DNA from: Raja brachyura
Lineage: Eukaryota
NCBI GenBank assembly: GCA_963514005.1
Contig: OY740795.1
Location: forward strand, 40,114,001 to 40,178,000
Direction: 5' to 3'
Length of the DNA stretch: 64,000 nucleotides
The notes under the pieces are model-generated. The model was not told where the DNA came from, ran no database searches, and saw nothing but the letters and a program-made list of their open reading frames with translations. Each line of letters begins with the position of its first letter. Position 1 is the stretch's first letter. Position numbers and translations under genes: made by a program. Of the stretch, positions 59,638-64,000 are shown in pieces.

Positions 59638-61379
59638 TGTTCTAGAAAGTCACGTTTAGTGGCAACTCTTGTATCACTAGGATTTCAGCAGCAGGGGTGC
59701 TGAAGCAGAGGTAAAGACGTATAATGTTAAGAAGGCTTAAATACTGTTAGCATTGTCAACGATTGGAAATAGCTTGCCTTCACATCAGATATAACACCAG
59801 GTTGTAAATAGCAATCTTCAATTTCAGATTTTTTCAGATGTCTTAAGTGATGGAGTTAGTTACTGAGGGGCAGAGTTTGTGTTGATGATAACCAAAGATC
59901 GTTACTGCAATCTTGGAAAATAGAGGTGATTTCATAGATCTGACTAATTTTTCATTTCTGGGAAAAGTTTAGATGACACAAGCTATGTAGAGGGGAAATA
60001 TTTACTCATACATTATACAATTAAAAGTTATGGTCATGATATTTTTATCAGGAAGAAATAAAAAATACTCTCTGGCAGTGACAAATTAACCCCTTGTACT
60101 CTTAAGCAGTTCCACTGCGCTCTAAATTGAACCACTCAGTCATGAGAGGCTCTGCTTCAATGAAACAGATGGCATTGATGCTTTGAGACAACAAGAGACA
60201 AAGCAAAAGATTTATTTTTCAAAATCAGTATTTATCGGTGAATTTCAAATGATGCCACATGGGGACAAATAAGTCTTTGCTTTTGAAAAGACTCGGGATT
60301 GACACATTCAATATTATTACAAAACAAAATGCAAGGGAAAAACATCACTTTAAGTGTAAAGGAATGATTAAACCTTGATTCTAAAAAGAACATTCTGGAG
60401 ATTTAAAGGAATTTGCTTAAAGGAATGCATTTTTAATTAGGAAGCAAAACAAAAATATTTTGTTCTGCAAAATCTGTCAGCAAAAATATTTAGACTTTGT
60501 ATTTTCAAATGAAAAATATGGACTTCTATGCAATATACTACAATATTTCTGGAACATTTCAGGAATTAAAAATAATTGAACGACTACGTCCCAGTATGTG
60601 TCAGGTACATGGTTCCTTGAAAGGGTGTCACAGGTAGATAGGGTGGTCAAGAAGACATTTGGCATATTGGCTTTCATCAGTCAGGGTATTGAGTATGGAA
60701 ATTGGGATATTACTCCAGCATTTTGTGTCGATCTTAGCTCAAATAATGTACAGTATGTTTTTAAAATGGAGAAGTGACAAATCATTTGTTTACCTTTGCA
60801 ATTATTTTATTTGTCTGCATATGCTATCTATAGAAGTTAATTGGAAAACTGGGAAACAAGCATGTGACCTGGACATGGTAACGATTAATTGCAAGAAATC
60901 GATAAGAAATAATTTGGCTTCAAGTTGGAAATATTTACAATATTGCGAACAGCATTATTATTAAAAGTTATGTTATGAATAATTTGGTGCAAGCATACTT
61001 GGTAAGATGGAGGGAAAATATTAACTGCTAATTATCTTATATCATGCAATGGCCATAATGTTGTGATCAGGAAGGAACTCGTATTAGGACAGAAAGTACA
61101 AGGAACAGATGAGACAAATAGGTCAACATCCGTGGATCAGGATTAACCCCCTTCGGTTAGTAGCCATAAGGGTCTTGCTCTTGATTAGTCTGGTAATTCC
61201 TTCCTGTTGTGTAGAAGGATTAATCTGAAAGATATGTATAATAGTAATGACCATCAGTGTCCAATGCCAATTCGAACTGCAAAATGTGCAATGTTGTTGT
61301 GCTGCTGTGCTGATGTAAACTCCATGTTAATGGAGTAAAATATCCCTAAGGTGCTTTGTGATACTACTGGATGATTTAC

Positions 61380-61551
61380 TGGATGTTTTCAAGAGAGAAT
61401 TAGATTTAGCTCTTAGAGCTAACGGAATCAAGGTTTATGGGGAGAGCATGAACAGGGTACTGATTTTGTATGATCAGCCATGATCATATTGAATGGCTCG
61501 AAGGGCCGAATGTCCTACTCCTGCAAATATTTTCTAGGTTTCTATGTTTCT
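61380..61551 (+). mobile_element. CR1 3' tail
   Basis: TTCAAGAGAGAATTAGAT...GATCAGCCATGATCATATTGAATGG...GAAGGGCCGAATG...(TTTCTATG)n. Confidence 0.8.
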
Positions 61552-61761
61552 TAAAGTGTAAATGGATCTTGTTCGAAATACAAACAATATAACTTGGATA
61601 TGACACATATCTATGTTGGTAGACCATAGTATCACATAAACCATACCTGATTGTTTATTTGTGAATAATTGCAAAATTATAATCACTAAGAACAATGGAA
61701 AGACTGTCTAAATAAATTAAAGGTTAAATAATTGTGTAACTAATACGTAAATCAAACATGT

Positions 61762-61974
61762 TGTGGCGGTTCCCAAGGGTCGGGCCATCCTAAGGGTCAA
61801 ACCCCTCGGCACGGGAATGGATCGGTCCAGAGGCGGCCCTTGACCAGAGGGTTTAAAGGCAAGGGTTTTGGGTGCTTCTCCCTCTCGTGGACTTCCTTCC
61901 AACACGAAGGGACCGAATAAAGGTACTTCTCCTACACCTGGCTTCTCGCCTTGATTTCGGTATCGTACACTACA
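61762..61974 (+). mobile_element. Solo LTR (213 bp)
   Basis: TGTGGCG...CACTACA ends, 4-bp TSD ATGT (61758-61761, 61975-61978), TTTAAA box ~61852 and AATAAA ~61916. Confidence 0.8.
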
Positions 61975-62592
61975 ATGTGTTACTATTTGTGCAGCTATAG
62001 TATGAATTTTTGATTTTATAATTACGAGAAAATGCTGCAGAATTGAGATGATCTCTTTATTCATGTAAATTTTCTGAGCAAAAATTATTAGTACAGTTAA
62101 TTGTCAATTTGTTATTTTGCAAGATCTGTCCGGACCAAACTCTGTGGTTGTTAAATTGACCATGATAAGGGGTATGTTCAATTTGAGATAAGTAAGACGA
62201 ACAAGGTAGGAACAAGCATGGAAGTAACATTGCTAAAAAGGAGCTAATTGAACAGAAATTGGGATTATAACTTTCCTGCAGAGTAACATTTTCAAATAAT
62301 CAACAATGTCAGTGGCGAACCTTTTTTAATGTAATCAACAAATGACCTAATGTTGAGAAAAGAGTTACTTGTGTGAGGTAGATAATGGGAAACAATGGCA
62401 TGACTGCCATGAGGTCACATGGGATCTTGTTGTAGTGGCATTCGCCAATAAAAACAAGGAAATCTAGTGGATTTTGTATAAGACTATTTATGGACCTTAA
62501 TTGCGTCTTAAAGATTGTATGGAAGGCACAAAAGACAAACTGAGGACATCACCTGTGTCTCAGACACCACAGTGATTAAAGGCTCTGAGGTG

Positions 62593-62810
62593 GTAGACAC
62601 AAAATGCAGGGGTAACTCAGCGGGTCAGGCAACATTTCTGGAGAAAAGGAAAGGGTGACGTTTTCGTGTCGAGACCCTTCATCAGTCTGTAGAAGGGTCT
62701 CGACCTGAAACGTCACCCATCCCTTCTCTCCAGAGATGCTGCCTGTCCCACTAAATTACTCCAGCATTTTGTGTCTACTTGCGATTTAAACCAGGTTCTG
62801 CAATTCTTTC
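62593..62810. mobile_element. Palindromic Penelope-type terminal repeat with hammerhead-like cores on both strands
   Basis: 62593-62685 and 62687-62778 are imperfect reverse complements; minus CTGATGAAGGGTCTCGACACGAAAACGTC, plus CTGTAGAAGGGTCTCGACCTGAAACGTC. Confidence 0.75.
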
Positions 62811-63075
62811 CCACCCAAAGGCTATGAGCCACTCAACAACTGCAGATGTATAGAATAGGATCTTGTACAGAAATTCTTGATCCAGGGAGTAGCGTGTGCA
62901 GCGGGAATGTCCCAAGCTGCCGCGTGGGCCCGATTCACCCGCCAAACAACCATGCCACCGATGACCAGAACGATGATCGAAGACCGGAATAGGCCCCGGT
63001 AGGCCTAACACCCCACAGGCCTCCCAGAGAACTGCGGTGAAGCTGGACGGCAAGGCTTGGCTGGGCTGAAGGAGC

Positions 63076-63772
63076 CTCAGTGGCGACGGGAGCCTCGGTG
63101 GTGGCAGTGGGAGCCTCAGCGGCGGCAGCGGGAGACTCAGCGGCGGCAGCGGGAGACTCGGCGGCAGCAGCGGGACACTCGGAGGTGGCAGTGGCAGATG
63201 CGGCGGTGGCAGTGGGAGATGCGGCGGTGGCCGTGGCAGATGCGGCGGTGGCAGTGGGAGATGCGGCGGTGGCAACGGGAGCCTCGGCAGTGGCAGCGGG
63301 AGATGCGGCGGTGGCAACGGGAGCCTCGGCAGTGGCAGCGGGAGATGCGGTGGTGGCAGTGGGAGCCTCGGCGGTGGCAACGGGATCCTCAGCGGTGGCA
63401 GTGGGAGCTTCGGCGGCGGCAGCGGAGGACTCGGCGGTGGCAGCGGGAGACTCGGCGGTGGCAGCGGGAGACTCGGCGGTGGCAGTGGGAGATGCGGCGA
63501 TGGCAGTGGGAGATGCGGCGGTGGCAGTGGGAGCCTCAGCGGTGGCAGTGGGAGATGCAGCGGTGGCAGTGGGAGATGCGGCGGTGGCAGTGGGAGATGC
63601 GGCGGTGGCAGTGGGAGCCTCAGCGGTGGCAGTGGGAGATGCAGCGGTGGCAGTGGGAGATGCGGCGGTGGCAGTGGGAGATGCGGCGGTGGCAGTGGGA
63701 GCTTCGGCGGCGGCAGCGGGAGACTCGGCAGTGGCAGCGGGAGATGCGGTGGTGGCAGTAGGAGTCTCGGCA
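63076..63772. repeat. GC-rich 21-bp minisatellite, about 33 units (GCGGCGGTGGCAGTGGGAGAT and variants)
   Basis: Direct observation; the heptad repeats in four overlapping ORFs follow from the 21-bp period. Confidence 0.95.
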
Positions 63773-64000
63773 GCAATGTGGGCCTCGTGGTCTATGAGCG
63801 TGATGGGGGGGAGGGGAAGACCATGGGGACCCGACATGGGGGGACCACCGTGAGGGATGGTGGGAGAACAAAGTGGGTCCCGGTGTTGTGGTCCCGGTGT
63901 TGGGCGCGTGGGGGGGGGGGGGGGCACTCTAGTTTAGAATCCTCTTCCCAGGGGATAAGCCTGCCTGCCTTCGTTTGTTTGTTTGTTCATTTGTTCTGGT

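Noticed and set aside
62775-63927. Proline-rich, mucin-like or Trp-rich proteins
   Set aside because: Overlapping ORFs on both strands are explained by a stop-free 21-bp repeat

Overview
Vertebrate genomic DNA, most likely from an elasmobranch (skate/ray-like; inferred from V-SINE/HE1-like, CR1, Rex1/Babar and Penelope-type repeats). I found no convincing host-gene exon; the window is a stack of nested transposons. The main items are two DIRS1-type tyrosine-recombinase retrotransposons. DIRS-A (728-6055) is near-intact, splits an L1 ORF2 at a shared TATTT core, and encodes RT-RNaseH-methyltransferase-like and recombinase domains in one 994-aa frame. DIRS-B (26403-37680) has well-preserved ends around a badly decayed interior and is invaded by an L1 that itself contains a second L1 3' end. 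In both, the internal complementary region (ICR) sits in a ~230-nt interrupted fold-back whose stems differ between the elements by compensatory substitutions, a candidate cis-acting RNA structure. DIRS-A also shows splice-site-like motifs that could express the recombinase separately. Other content: a decayed Gypsy/Mag-like LTR element (TSD GTGCC) inside a Rex1 LINE, a near full-length CR1 with esterase ORF1 interrupted by a hAT-type element, a Helitron-like insert, a Harbinger MITE, a solo LTR, hammerhead-like Penelope terminal palindromes and a 21-bp minisatellite. All alignments and counts were done by eye; boundaries of old fragments are approximate.
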